NCBI GenBank assembly: GCA_040403095.1
Contig: JBBALI010000001.1
Location: forward strand, 150,560-174,559
Direction: 5' to 3'
Length of the DNA stretch: 24,000 bases
Origin: Crocinitomicaceae bacterium
Lineage (GTDB): Bacteria; Bacteroidota; Bacteroidia; Flavobacteriales_D; Crocinitomicaceae
In this document: piece by piece, positions 1-7,953 of the stretch
How the letters are laid out: each line of letters starts with the position of its first letter
Position numbering within the stretch: position 1 is the first letter of the stretch
Position numbers and translations under genes: made by a program
The notes under the pieces: generated by a model
Seen by the model: the letters and a program-made list of their open reading frames with translations, nothing else
Database searches by the model: none
Told to the model about the DNA's origin: nothing

Positions 1-468
1 AAATTCGATCAAGATTCTTCAACTGCTACCAGTATTGCAGCGCAAACGGAAGGCAATTTAATTGAAGCTATAGAAATGCTCAATTCCAATTTGGAAAAGA
101 ATATCAATCGTGAACTCTTTATACAATTGATGCGTGTTTGCTATAAAAAAGATGTCAATCCAATGCTGGACTGGGCTGAAGAGATAAGTGGAATTGGTAA
201 AGAAAGACAAAAGGCTTTTTTAAAATATGCTTTGCACATGTTTAGACAAAGTTTGTTGAGAAATTACACAGACAATCAACTTACAAAGACATCTGCTGAA
301 GAGGAAGCTTTTTTGAAAAATTTCTCCAAATTCATAACAGGAAACAACATTCATGGATTTATGGAAAACTTCAATGACGCTGTTTATCACATCGATCGAA
401 ATGCAAATGCCAAAATTTTATTTACCGAATTGTGCTTCAAAGTAATGCGTTTCATTCACTTTGCATAA
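1..468 (+). CDS. holB: DNA polymerase III subunit delta', C-terminal part (5' end outside window)
   Basis: Frame 1 is open from base 1 (KFDQDSSTATSIAAQTEGNLIEAIEML...), so the ATG at 76 is internal. Stop TAA at 466-468. The helical C-terminal region resembles clamp-loader delta' tails of Bacteroidota. Recognised by eye only. Confidence 0.5.
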   Translation, partial: KFDQDSSTATSIAAQTEGNLIEAIEMLNSNLEKNINRELFIQLMRVCYKKDVNPMLDWAEEISGIGKERQKAFLKYALHMFRQSLLRNYTDNQLTKTSAEEEAFLKNFSKFITGNNIHGFMENFNDAVYHIDRNANAKILFTELCFKVMRFIHFA

Positions 469-533
469 TTACTCGTACAAAAAAAGGACTGAAGTAAAGC
501 TCCAATCCTTTCAAAAATCTATTAAAAATTCGC

Positions 534-1730
534 TTATTTGTCGTTGATTGCTTTGATTCCTGGCAATTCAATTCCTTCCAAATATTCAAGCATTGCGCCA
601 CCGCCAGTGGAAACATAACTCACTTTATCGGCTAAATTAAATTTGTTAATTGCAGCAACTGAATCTCCTCCTCCAATCAATGAAAAAGCGCCATTTGCTG
701 TTGCATCTACAATTGACATCGCAACATCTTTCGTCCCTTGTTGGAAATTATCCATTTCGAAAACGCCCATTGGTCCGTTCCACAAAATTAATTTTGAATT
801 CAAAATAATTTCTCTGCAAGCTTTAGATGTTTCAGAACCAGTATCAAGCCCCATCCAACCGTCAGGAATTTCACCAATTTGCACTTCTTTGCGCTTCGCA
901 TCATTGTCAAACTTATCTGCTATAATAGTATCTGTTGGGATATATAAATTAACACCATTCACTTTAGCTTTAGTGATAATGTCTTTTGCCATCTCCAAAT
1001 AATCATCTTCAACCAATGAGTTTCCAACGTTTCCGCCTTGCGCTTTGACAAAAGTGTATGCCATTCCGCCACCAACAATTAAATTGTCAACTTTATCTAA
1101 CAACTGCTGAATGATGGTGATTTTCGAAGAAACTTTGGCTCCACCAACTATGGCTGTCAATGGTTTTTCTGTGCTATTCAACACTTTATCTACTGCTTTG
1201 ATTTCTCCTTCAAGTAAGAAACCAAACATTTTATCATGAGGGAAAAACTTTGCAACAACTGTTGTACTGGCATGCGCTCTGTGCGCTGTTCCGAAAGCAT
1301 CATTTACATAAACATCGCCCAATTTCGATAAAGATTCTGCAAAACTTTCTGAACCAGCTGTTTCTTGCTTGTAAAAACGTAGATTTTCCAACAACAAAAC
1401 TTCTCCAGCTTTCAAATTAGCGCTTAAATTTTCAGCTTCTTCCCCTATACAATCGGTGGCAAATTTAACTTCTCGGTGCAGTAAATCACTCGTATGTTTA
1501 ACAATGTGTTTAAGTGAAAATTTGTCTTCAAACCCTTCTTTCGGACGGCCTAAATGCGACATTAAAACTACGCTTCCACCTGCACCCAAAATGTGATTGA
1601 TTGTTGGAAGAGCGGCACGGATTCTTGTATCATCTGTGATTTCTAGCGTGTCTTTGTCTAAAGGAACATTGAAATCAACGCGAATTAAAGCACGCTTTCC
1701 ATTAAAGTCATAAGAATGAATATCAGCCAT
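534..1730 (-). CDS. pgk: phosphoglycerate kinase
   Basis: 398 aa with an ATG start. Hallmark motifs are [39 protein letters not shown] and [13 protein letters not shown]. Confidence 0.97.
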   Translation of the reverse strand: MADIHSYDFNGKRALIRVDFNVPLDKDTLEITDDTRIRAALPTINHILGAGGSVVLMSHLGRPKEGFEDKFSLKHIVKHTSDLLHREVKFATDCIGEEAENLSANLKAGEVLLLENLRFYKQETAGSESFAESLSKLGDVYVNDAFGTAHRAHASTTVVAKFFPHDKMFGFLLEGEIKAVDKVLNSTEKPLTAIVGGAKVSSKITIIQQLLDKVDNLIVGGGMAYTFVKAQGGNVGNSLVEDDYLEMAKDIITKAKVNGVNLYIPTDTIIADKFDNDAKRKEVQIGEIPDGWMGLDTGSETSKACREIILNSKLILWNGPMGVFEMDNFQQGTKDVAMSIVDATANGAFSLIGGGDSVAAINKFNLADKVSYVSTGGGAMLEYLEGIELPGIKAINDK

Positions 1731-1755
1731 TTCTGTAAATTTTTATTTATGCTAG

Positions 1756-1763
1756 CAAATGTA
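1756..1763 (-). promoter_or_regulatory. candidate Bacteroidota -7 promoter box (TAcaTTTG) for pgk
   Basis: The minus-strand sequence TACATTTG matches the TAnnTTTG consensus exactly, 26-33 nt upstream of the pgk ATG. No clear -33 TTG was found. Confidence 0.35.
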
Positions 1764-1840
1764 GCAAAAATCTATAGACTAGAAGGCTGAAAAAAGGGAA
1801 TTAAATCTAGCAAGAAAATCTAAAATAAAGATTTAAATAA

Positions 1841-2242
1841 TTAATTATCAAGTAAATCTTGGCTAATTATTTTTTCTGAATCGATGTACTTCGCATCGCC
1901 AAAAGCCAAAATTGGAAAGAACACATAAGGCAGAAAAATCACACCAACTGTAAAACCTTCAGATTTACCAAAGTTTTTAACCATTCCATTGATAATCATG
2001 ATTATGAATACAAAATTGGCCAAAGGAACAAACATCATCCCAAACCACCATGTGGGTTTTTTGGCAATTTCAACCATCACATAGTAATTGTAAAAAGGAA
2101 CAATCGCTGCCCAGCCAGGTTGATTAGCTTTGACAAAAATCTTCCATATTGAAATGATCATCAATGCGATGACTCCAATGTATAGAAGAAAAAACAGAAT
2201 GAATAAAGCGATTAAAGGACCTGATGGAGACATAATTTGCAT
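1841..2242 (-). CDS. small polytopic membrane protein, DUF5684-like
   Basis: 133 aa with about 4 hydrophobic helices. The motif GWAAIVPFYNYYVMVEIAKKPTWW resembles the DUF5684 family. Begins 7 nt downstream of the GT2 stop. Confidence 0.6.
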   Translation of the reverse strand: MQIMSPSGPLIALFILFFLLYIGVIALMIISIWKIFVKANQPGWAAIVPFYNYYVMVEIAKKPTWWFGMMFVPLANFVFIIMIINGMVKNFGKSEGFTVGVIFLPYVFFPILAFGDAKYIDSEKIISQDLLDN

Positions 2243-2249
2243 GTTTTAA

Positions 2250-2969
2250 TTATTTAACGAAACGGTATTTTAAAATACACCAAATGGCTCTAAATCCATC
2301 TTTCCAGCCAATTTTCTTTCCTTCTTCATAGGTACGACCGTAATAAGAAATACCAACTTCATAAATTCTAATTTTTGGAACGCGCGCTAATTTGGCTGTA
2401 ATTTCTGGTTCAATCCCAAAGCGATTCTCTTTGATTTCAATGTTTTTAGCAATGGAAGTACGAATCAATTTATAACACGTTTCCATGTCTGTCAAATTCA
2501 AATTGGTCATGATATTTGACAATCTTGTCAGAAATTTATTTCCGATTGAATGCCAGAAAAACAAGATTCTGTGTGGATGATGTCCAACAAAACGAGAGCC
2601 GTAAACAACATCTGCATTGTCCATGAAAACTGGTTTTAACAACAAATTATACTCTTGTGGATCATATTCTAAATCAGCATCTTGAACTATCAAATAATCT
2701 CCCGTACATTCTTTAATCGCCCTATTGATTGCTGCGCCTTTTCCTTGATTGTGGGTTTGTGAAAACAAACGAATATTCATACCAGTGTTTTGTGCAATAT
2801 ATTCTTCCACTTTTTGAATTGTCTGGTCTTTAGAACAATCGTTTACTATCACGATTTCTTTCACGATTCCATTTGGCAGCTCAACTTCTTTGACACGCTC
2901 CAAGATCAATTGAATGGTATTTTCCTCATTATATGCAGGAATTAGAATGGACAATTTTTGGATGTTCAT
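2250..2969 (-). CDS. family 2 glycosyltransferase, polyprenyl-phosphate sugar synthase-like (DPM1/GtrB/ArnC type catalytic domain, no TM tail)
   Basis: Motifs are SILIPAYNEE, VNDCSKD, QDADLEYDP (DxD) and YGSRF. The track start at 2975 is a TTG; the first ATG is 2969-2967 (MNIQKLS...), which is used here. Confidence 0.85.
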   Translation of the reverse strand: MNIQKLSILIPAYNEENTIQLILERVKEVELPNGIVKEIVIVNDCSKDQTIQKVEEYIAQNTGMNIRLFSQTHNQGKGAAINRAIKECTGDYLIVQDADLEYDPQEYNLLLKPVFMDNADVVYGSRFVGHHPHRILFFWHSIGNKFLTRLSNIMTNLNLTDMETCYKLIRTSIAKNIEIKENRFGIEPEITAKLARVPKIRIYEVGISYYGRTYEEGKKIGWKDGFRAIWCILKYRFVK

Positions 2970-3018
2970 TATCAATTTTAAAATTTTAATAAGTTGAAAA
3001 ACTGGCTTAAAACAGAAA

Positions 3019-4752
3019 TCAGTCAGTAAAGAAACGAATTTTCATTGAATCTATTGTCAATGTTTCCTTTTTGGTCAAAATAACAAACACACATTTTATC
3101 TTTCTAGGCAAAGTTTTATCAATGTAAAAACAGTAATTGGCTAAATTTTTATTTGTCTTTTCATCAATCGTATGAAGAAGTGTATTGTAGTTGTTGAATA
3201 ACAGCGAATCATTTTCATTTAAGATTCTAATCTCCAAAGATTCACCTTGATCCTTGATCGTAGTATTGAATAAAATTTGTCCTCCATGAATGAAATTTTC
3301 TTCTGATAAATCAACCTCAAGAGTATCTAATATATACCATTTGTCATTTGACATTATCTTCCTGTTTTCCCAATTAGACTGATTGATGCAGGTTTTAAAA
3401 CTTATTTCTTCTTTCCACAAATAGAATACATACTTCGGGTCTGTCTTCATGAAAACCTTCCAATACGAGTCTTTATCCATGCCATCTAGTTTTAAAATAC
3501 TTTTTTGATATTGAAAAGTTTGAGTAATCATAACAACAGCAAAAACAGGAATGGAAATCAACAAAAAACTTTTTAGCAAATTTAGTTTTGAGGCTAAAAC
3601 GGGAGCAATAAAAACTATAAATACTGGATAAAAATCTACCAATGGTCTTGAACCAATACTCCCACCGTAACTCCAAATCCACCAACTAGATAACACATAA
3701 ATTAGCACTGAAAACGCCAATAAAAAGTACACCAGTCTTAGGCTTAATTTGAGAGCTAAATGGCCAATTATACCAACTAAAAAGACGATAAAAAACCAAG
3801 GTGCCCAAAGGAAAAATCCTTTTCTGTAACTGAAAAGAAAATCTGTAAAATGTGGATCAGACCAATTAAATGTTTCCTCTCCATAAGTATAGTAAATCCA
3901 TTTTCCAGTTTGAGCAAACCAAATTATACATTGAATTTGCGACAATAAAACAACTAATAAAACTGCTAAAATAGTTGTTTTTAAATGTTTGTTGTATAGA
4001 TTCTTAATTGTATTCAATAGCAAACTTGTTTTTTCGTTTAAAATAGGAATAAACAACAAGACCAATACGTTTGTTGGACGAACTAAAAATATAATTCCTA
4101 AAAACAAAACACTCCAAAAAAGTGATTTATTATTATCATCTAGAAAATGCTTTCTTGTGAAAAATAAGAACCCCGAAATCAGAAAAAATGAATACACATG
4201 ACTGTAAGCAGCGTCCCAATGCATATAGTTGAGCATGGATGTACAAAAAACAACGCCAAACTGAGCGACTAAAATCAAAATTCTGTTGACTTGATGTGAT
4301 TTTAAGATCAAACGTAAAAATATCAGACCGAAAAAAGTATAAAACAGCGCAGCGATGTAAATACAAATTTGATAAGGCGTAGAAAATCCATCAGCCGCAT
4401 ATTTTGTAGAATTTGTGGCCCAAAAATGTCCAATGGCAAAAAATGGCGTTTGTAAAATAGCCGTCCCAATGAAATACTTATCAAAGCGATTGCCATCATC
4501 TAATCTACTATATAGGCTAGTGGCAACTAATTCATCAGGATAAAAATCAGTTTTTAAAGTATCTAAGTACTTAAAATGTAAATCTTTGTAAATAAATGTT
4601 GCTGGCAAAAATTCGTAATAACCTCTTCCATCAGCTTCAATCAGATTGTCGCGTTTGGTCAAATAATTATTTGATACAATCAAGAAAAAAAATATCAATA
4701 ATAATTCACCTAAAAGTGAACGTAGAAGAAACAAAGCTGATTTCACGCTCAA
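3019..4752 (-). CDS. large polytopic membrane protein with soluble C-terminal domain, GT-C-like putative glycosyltransferase
   Basis: 577 codons with many hydrophobic helices, then a polar tail of about 170 aa. There is no ATG in the first ~170 codons. The start must therefore be TTG 4752-4750, directly abutting the scoB TAA at 4755-4753, or GTG 4746-4744. The N-terminal loop reads EADGRGYYEFLP. The functional call is tentative. Confidence 0.55.
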   Translation of the reverse strand: MSVKSALFLLRSLLGELLLIFFFLIVSNNYLTKRDNLIEADGRGYYEFLPATFIYKDLHFKYLDTLKTDFYPDELVATSLYSRLDDGNRFDKYFIGTAILQTPFFAIGHFWATNSTKYAADGFSTPYQICIYIAALFYTFFGLIFLRLILKSHQVNRILILVAQFGVVFCTSMLNYMHWDAAYSHVYSFFLISGFLFFTRKHFLDDNNKSLFWSVLFLGIIFLVRPTNVLVLLFIPILNEKTSLLLNTIKNLYNKHLKTTILAVLLVVLLSQIQCIIWFAQTGKWIYYTYGEETFNWSDPHFTDFLFSYRKGFFLWAPWFFIVFLVGIIGHLALKLSLRLVYFLLAFSVLIYVLSSWWIWSYGGSIGSRPLVDFYPVFIVFIAPVLASKLNLLKSFLLISIPVFAVVMITQTFQYQKSILKLDGMDKDSYWKVFMKTDPKYVFYLWKEEISFKTCINQSNWENRKIMSNDKWYILDTLEVDLSEENFIHGGQILFNTTIKDQGESLEIRILNENDSLLFNNYNTLLHTIDEKTNKNLANYCFYIDKTLPRKIKCVFVILTKKETLTIDSMKIRFFTD

Positions 4753-5412
4753 TTAAGCAAGGACCATTTCTGGAACAAATTCGGGCACAACCAAATCACC
4801 TTCAGTTTTGGAAATAATTTCTTCAACGGAAACACCTGGTGCTCTTTCAATTAAATGGAATTTTCCGTCTTTAATTTCCATTACAGCCAATTCGGTAACT
4901 ACTTTTTTAACACAACCAACACCCGTAAGCGGTAAAGTACATTCTTTCAAAATTTTAGATTCACCCGCTTTGTTACTGTGCATCATGGCAACAATGATGT
5001 TTTCTGCAGAGGCAACTAAATCCATAGCGCCACCCATTCCTTTCACCATTTTCCCAGGAATTTTCCAGTTAGCGATGTCTCCATTTTGAGAAACCTCCAT
5101 GGCACCCAGTACAGTTAATTGTACATGTTGACCTCGAATCATCGCAAATGACATAGCTGAATCAAAAAATGAAGCGCCTGCTGTTGTTGTGATCGTTTGT
5201 TTTCCTGCGTTGATTAAATCTGCATCTTCTTCGCCTTCGAATGGAAAAGGTCCCATGCCTAGCACGCCATTTTCAGATTGAAATTCAACTTCTATTCCTT
5301 CAGGAATATAGTTTGCAACCAAGGTTGGAATACCAATTCCTAAATTAACATACCAACCATCTCTCAACTCTTGAGCGATTCGTTTTGCGATTCCGATTTT
5401 ATCTAAAGCCAT
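4753..5412 (-). CDS. scoB: 3-oxoacid (succinyl-CoA:acetoacetate) CoA-transferase subunit B
   Basis: 219 aa with motifs YVNLGIGIPT and QSENGVLGMGP (the SENG catalytic-Glu motif) plus GAMDL. ATG start at 5412-5410. Confidence 0.9.
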   Translation of the reverse strand: MALDKIGIAKRIAQELRDGWYVNLGIGIPTLVANYIPEGIEVEFQSENGVLGMGPFPFEGEEDADLINAGKQTITTTAGASFFDSAMSFAMIRGQHVQLTVLGAMEVSQNGDIANWKIPGKMVKGMGGAMDLVASAENIIVAMMHSNKAGESKILKECTLPLTGVGCVKKVVTELAVMEIKDGKFHLIERAPGVSVEEIISKTEGDLVVPEFVPEMVLA

Positions 5413-5415
5413 TTT

Positions 5416-7212
5416 CTATTCTTTTAATTTGTAAAAATTTAATGTTCCATTTTTACAATTTATTCTACTATGTTGTGGATTCCAAATATACAATCTAAAT
5501 TCGATTTCTTCAGGATAAAAGCGTTTAAAAACTGAATTTATCTTCACTTTGAATTGACCCTGATTTGCACCATGAATCCATCTTTGATCGAAGGTTTCAT
5601 ACCGCACGGTTTCATTTTTTGAATTGAAAGTCGTGAATATTATCCTCACATCATGAAAAGGTGTTACAACCCTAAAATCACCAGCGAATTTGATTAATAA
5701 ATCTTCATTGCGCAATGAATCTAAACTTTTTAATTCCAATAAGTTGATATATTCTTCGGTAGATTCATTTGCTTCAATTTTCCAAGATTTAAAAATGTTT
5801 TTTTGATATGGTTTTAATCTCTTATAAGCCACAAAACCACTTGGTAAATCTTTGCAAAGCAATTGGTAATCTTTCAAATCTCGTGAATCAAGTTCTGAGG
5901 ATTTATTGACAATCACATCATACAATGGAGAAAACTCATTTAAAATATTGGGCTGGATCTTAACCTCATCGCTGGTTTGACGTTCTAATAAATCCCAATT
6001 CAAAGCCATTGTATGATAAACTGAAACAGTTGTAGATGTGTCAATTGATTTCTTTACTTGCTGATAAAAAGATGCATCCAACCGTTCGTCAGGGGTGAAA
6101 ACGGAAGTATTCAAATTCAATTGTAATATTGCCGTTATGGGAAAAAACAATAAAATCAATTGAATATATCGCCATTTAGGAAAATCATGGCTAAAAAATC
6201 CAACTAATAATATAATTAAAGGAATGAAATACATCCCCGCTCTGTCCTCTGGGTAATTGACTTTCATCAAAATCGCCAAGACAAAAATGGCAACAATATT
6301 GCCAAATAAAAACCATGACAAAATCGTTGTTTCTTTTACTACTTGATTCCAAAATCCGCGCTTAAAGAGCAAATAAATAAGCAATCCGAAAAACAATAGG
6401 AAGAGCAAAATGAAAAACCATTTCAACCATTCAGCATCGTAATAAAGCACATATTTGGAAAGTGTTTTACCTGTCACAATCCAAAATCCATCTAAACTTC
6501 CGTAATACAAAGCGCCATGTTCTTTCAATAATTGCCCAAAGGAAATAATTGGCAATAAGCAATAAATGAAACCAATGTGCACTATTAATAAAAACACATT
6601 TTTACCAACTGCAAATTCTCGAATGTTTTTCAAATGAATAATCAAAGCTAAAACGAGCGCCAAACAGGCAGAAACCAAAAAAACCAAATTCGAAAAAACT
6701 GCCAAAAAGCTGAAAACATAAAGAAGAATTAAACTTTTAGTTCTCGATTCTTTGACAAATCTTTGAGCAAAGACCAACATCCAAATGAAAAAGGAAATGG
6801 CCATGGCATAACCACGTGAATAAGAGAAATAATCGTTCATGTAAACGACCGTGACAGCCGCTGTGAGCAAGATTATTTGTGTAGACCGATTATCGATGGA
6901 TTTCAAAAAAGTATAAATTCCCCAAAAATAAATCGGGAAACAAAGCAGGCTTGGCAAACGAAAAAGAAAAAATTCATTTCCAAACAATGAATGAAGAAAA
7001 CTTCCTAAGAATGAATTAAATAAATGATTGTTTGCATCCAACATTACAGCATCACCAAACCATATTTCAGGTTCGATAAAGTGCAAAAAAGTAGCTGATT
7101 CATCGTGCAAAGGCGCCAAAAATATCGCGCGCAAAGTAAAATAAACCATCAAAAATGAAAAAAGTATCCAACTGTAATTTTTAAAGCTGAATACTTTTTT
7201 ATCTAATTTCAT
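5416..7212 (-). CDS. polytopic membrane glycosyltransferase-like protein (ArnT/PMT, GT-C type) with soluble C-terminal domain
   Basis: The first ATG is 7212-7210 (MKLDKKVFSF...), 10 nt after the scoA stop. The track start at 7296 is a TTG overlapping scoA by 74 nt. About 12 hydrophobic helices. The first loop, APLHDESATF, resembles the acidic D/E motif of ArnT/PMT-type enzymes. Polar C-terminal domain of about 200 aa. Confidence 0.6.
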   Translation of the reverse strand: MKLDKKVFSFKNYSWILFSFLMVYFTLRAIFLAPLHDESATFLHFIEPEIWFGDAVMLDANNHLFNSFLGSFLHSLFGNEFFLFRLPSLLCFPIYFWGIYTFLKSIDNRSTQIILLTAAVTVVYMNDYFSYSRGYAMAISFFIWMLVFAQRFVKESRTKSLILLYVFSFLAVFSNLVFLVSACLALVLALIIHLKNIREFAVGKNVFLLIVHIGFIYCLLPIISFGQLLKEHGALYYGSLDGFWIVTGKTLSKYVLYYDAEWLKWFFILLFLLFFGLLIYLLFKRGFWNQVVKETTILSWFLFGNIVAIFVLAILMKVNYPEDRAGMYFIPLIILLVGFFSHDFPKWRYIQLILLFFPITAILQLNLNTSVFTPDERLDASFYQQVKKSIDTSTTVSVYHTMALNWDLLERQTSDEVKIQPNILNEFSPLYDVIVNKSSELDSRDLKDYQLLCKDLPSGFVAYKRLKPYQKNIFKSWKIEANESTEEYINLLELKSLDSLRNEDLLIKFAGDFRVVTPFHDVRIIFTTFNSKNETVRYETFDQRWIHGANQGQFKVKINSVFKRFYPEEIEFRLYIWNPQHSRINCKNGTLNFYKLKE

Positions 7213-7222
7213 TGAAATATTT

Positions 7223-7921
7223 TTATGATTTTTGACGAACTGTTCTTTGCTCAATTCGCTTCTCAAATTTCTCTCCTTTGAAAATGCGTTGAACAAAAAT
7301 TCCAGGTGTATGAATCTGATTTGGATTTAATTCGCCCGCTGGAACCAATTCTTCTACCTCGGCAATCGTAATTTTTCCGGCCATGGCCATCATTGGATTG
7401 AAATTTCTAGCTGTAGCTTTGAAAACTAAATTCCCTTCTGTATCGCCTTTCCAAGCTTTGACAATCGCAAAATCTGCGGTCAATGCTGATTCTAAAATGT
7501 GCGGCTTTCCATTATAAATTCTCACTTCTTTTCCTTCTGCAACTTCAGTTCCGTAACCAGCAGGCGTAAAAAACGCTGGAATTCCAGCACCACCAGCACG
7601 ACATCTTTCTGCCAACGAACCTTGCGGAATTAAATCAACTTCCAATTCTCCTGACAACATTTGTCTTTCAAATTCATCGTTTTCTCCGACATAAGAACTG
7701 ATCATTTTTTTGACTTGTTTGTTTTGCAAAAGCAATCCCAAACCAAAATCATCAACTCCAGCATTGTTGGAAATACAAGTTAGATTTTTGACACCTATTT
7801 TAACCAATTCTGCAATAGAATTTTCAGGAATTCCACACAATCCAAAACCGCCAACCATCAAAGTCATATTGTCTTCAATTCCTTGACAAGCTTCTGAAAC
7901 ATTTTTTACTACTTTGTTCAT
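7223..7921 (-). CDS. scoA: 3-oxoacid CoA-transferase subunit A
   Basis: 232 aa with motifs [18 protein letters not shown] and [27 protein letters not shown] start. Confidence 0.9.
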   Translation of the reverse strand: MNKVVKNVSEACQGIEDNMTLMVGGFGLCGIPENSIAELVKIGVKNLTCISNNAGVDDFGLGLLLQNKQVKKMISSYVGENDEFERQMLSGELEVDLIPQGSLAERCRAGGAGIPAFFTPAGYGTEVAEGKEVRIYNGKPHILESALTADFAIVKAWKGDTEGNLVFKATARNFNPMMAMAGKITIAEVEELVPAGELNPNQIHTPGIFVQRIFKGEKFEKRIEQRTVRQKS

Positions 7922-7953
7922 CTTGATACTATTATTGTTCGTTTTGAACTAAT

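Noticed and set aside
481-511. Possible terminator between convergent holB and pgk (AAAGGA...TCCTTT)
   Set aside because: It has only a 6-bp stem with a 17-nt loop, so it is not convincing.
643-1002. 119-aa plus-strand ORF inside pgk
   Set aside because: It is fully antisense to a clearly identified, highly conserved gene. Its low-complexity S/I/P-rich translation is typical of the reverse frame.
3473-4366. Three 70-76-aa ORFs overlapping the 577-aa membrane-protein gene, and similar small ORFs inside PBP1A (8037-8804, 9718-10065) and AraC (10726-11135)
   Set aside because: All are nested in longer ORFs with recognisable features or clear membrane-protein character. None has a motif of its own.
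7213-7296. N-terminal extension of the 626-aa track ORF overlapping scoA by 74 nt
   Set aside because: The track start is a TTG. The first ATG (7212) sits 10 nt after the scoA stop and precedes the first TM helix, giving a cleaner gene model.
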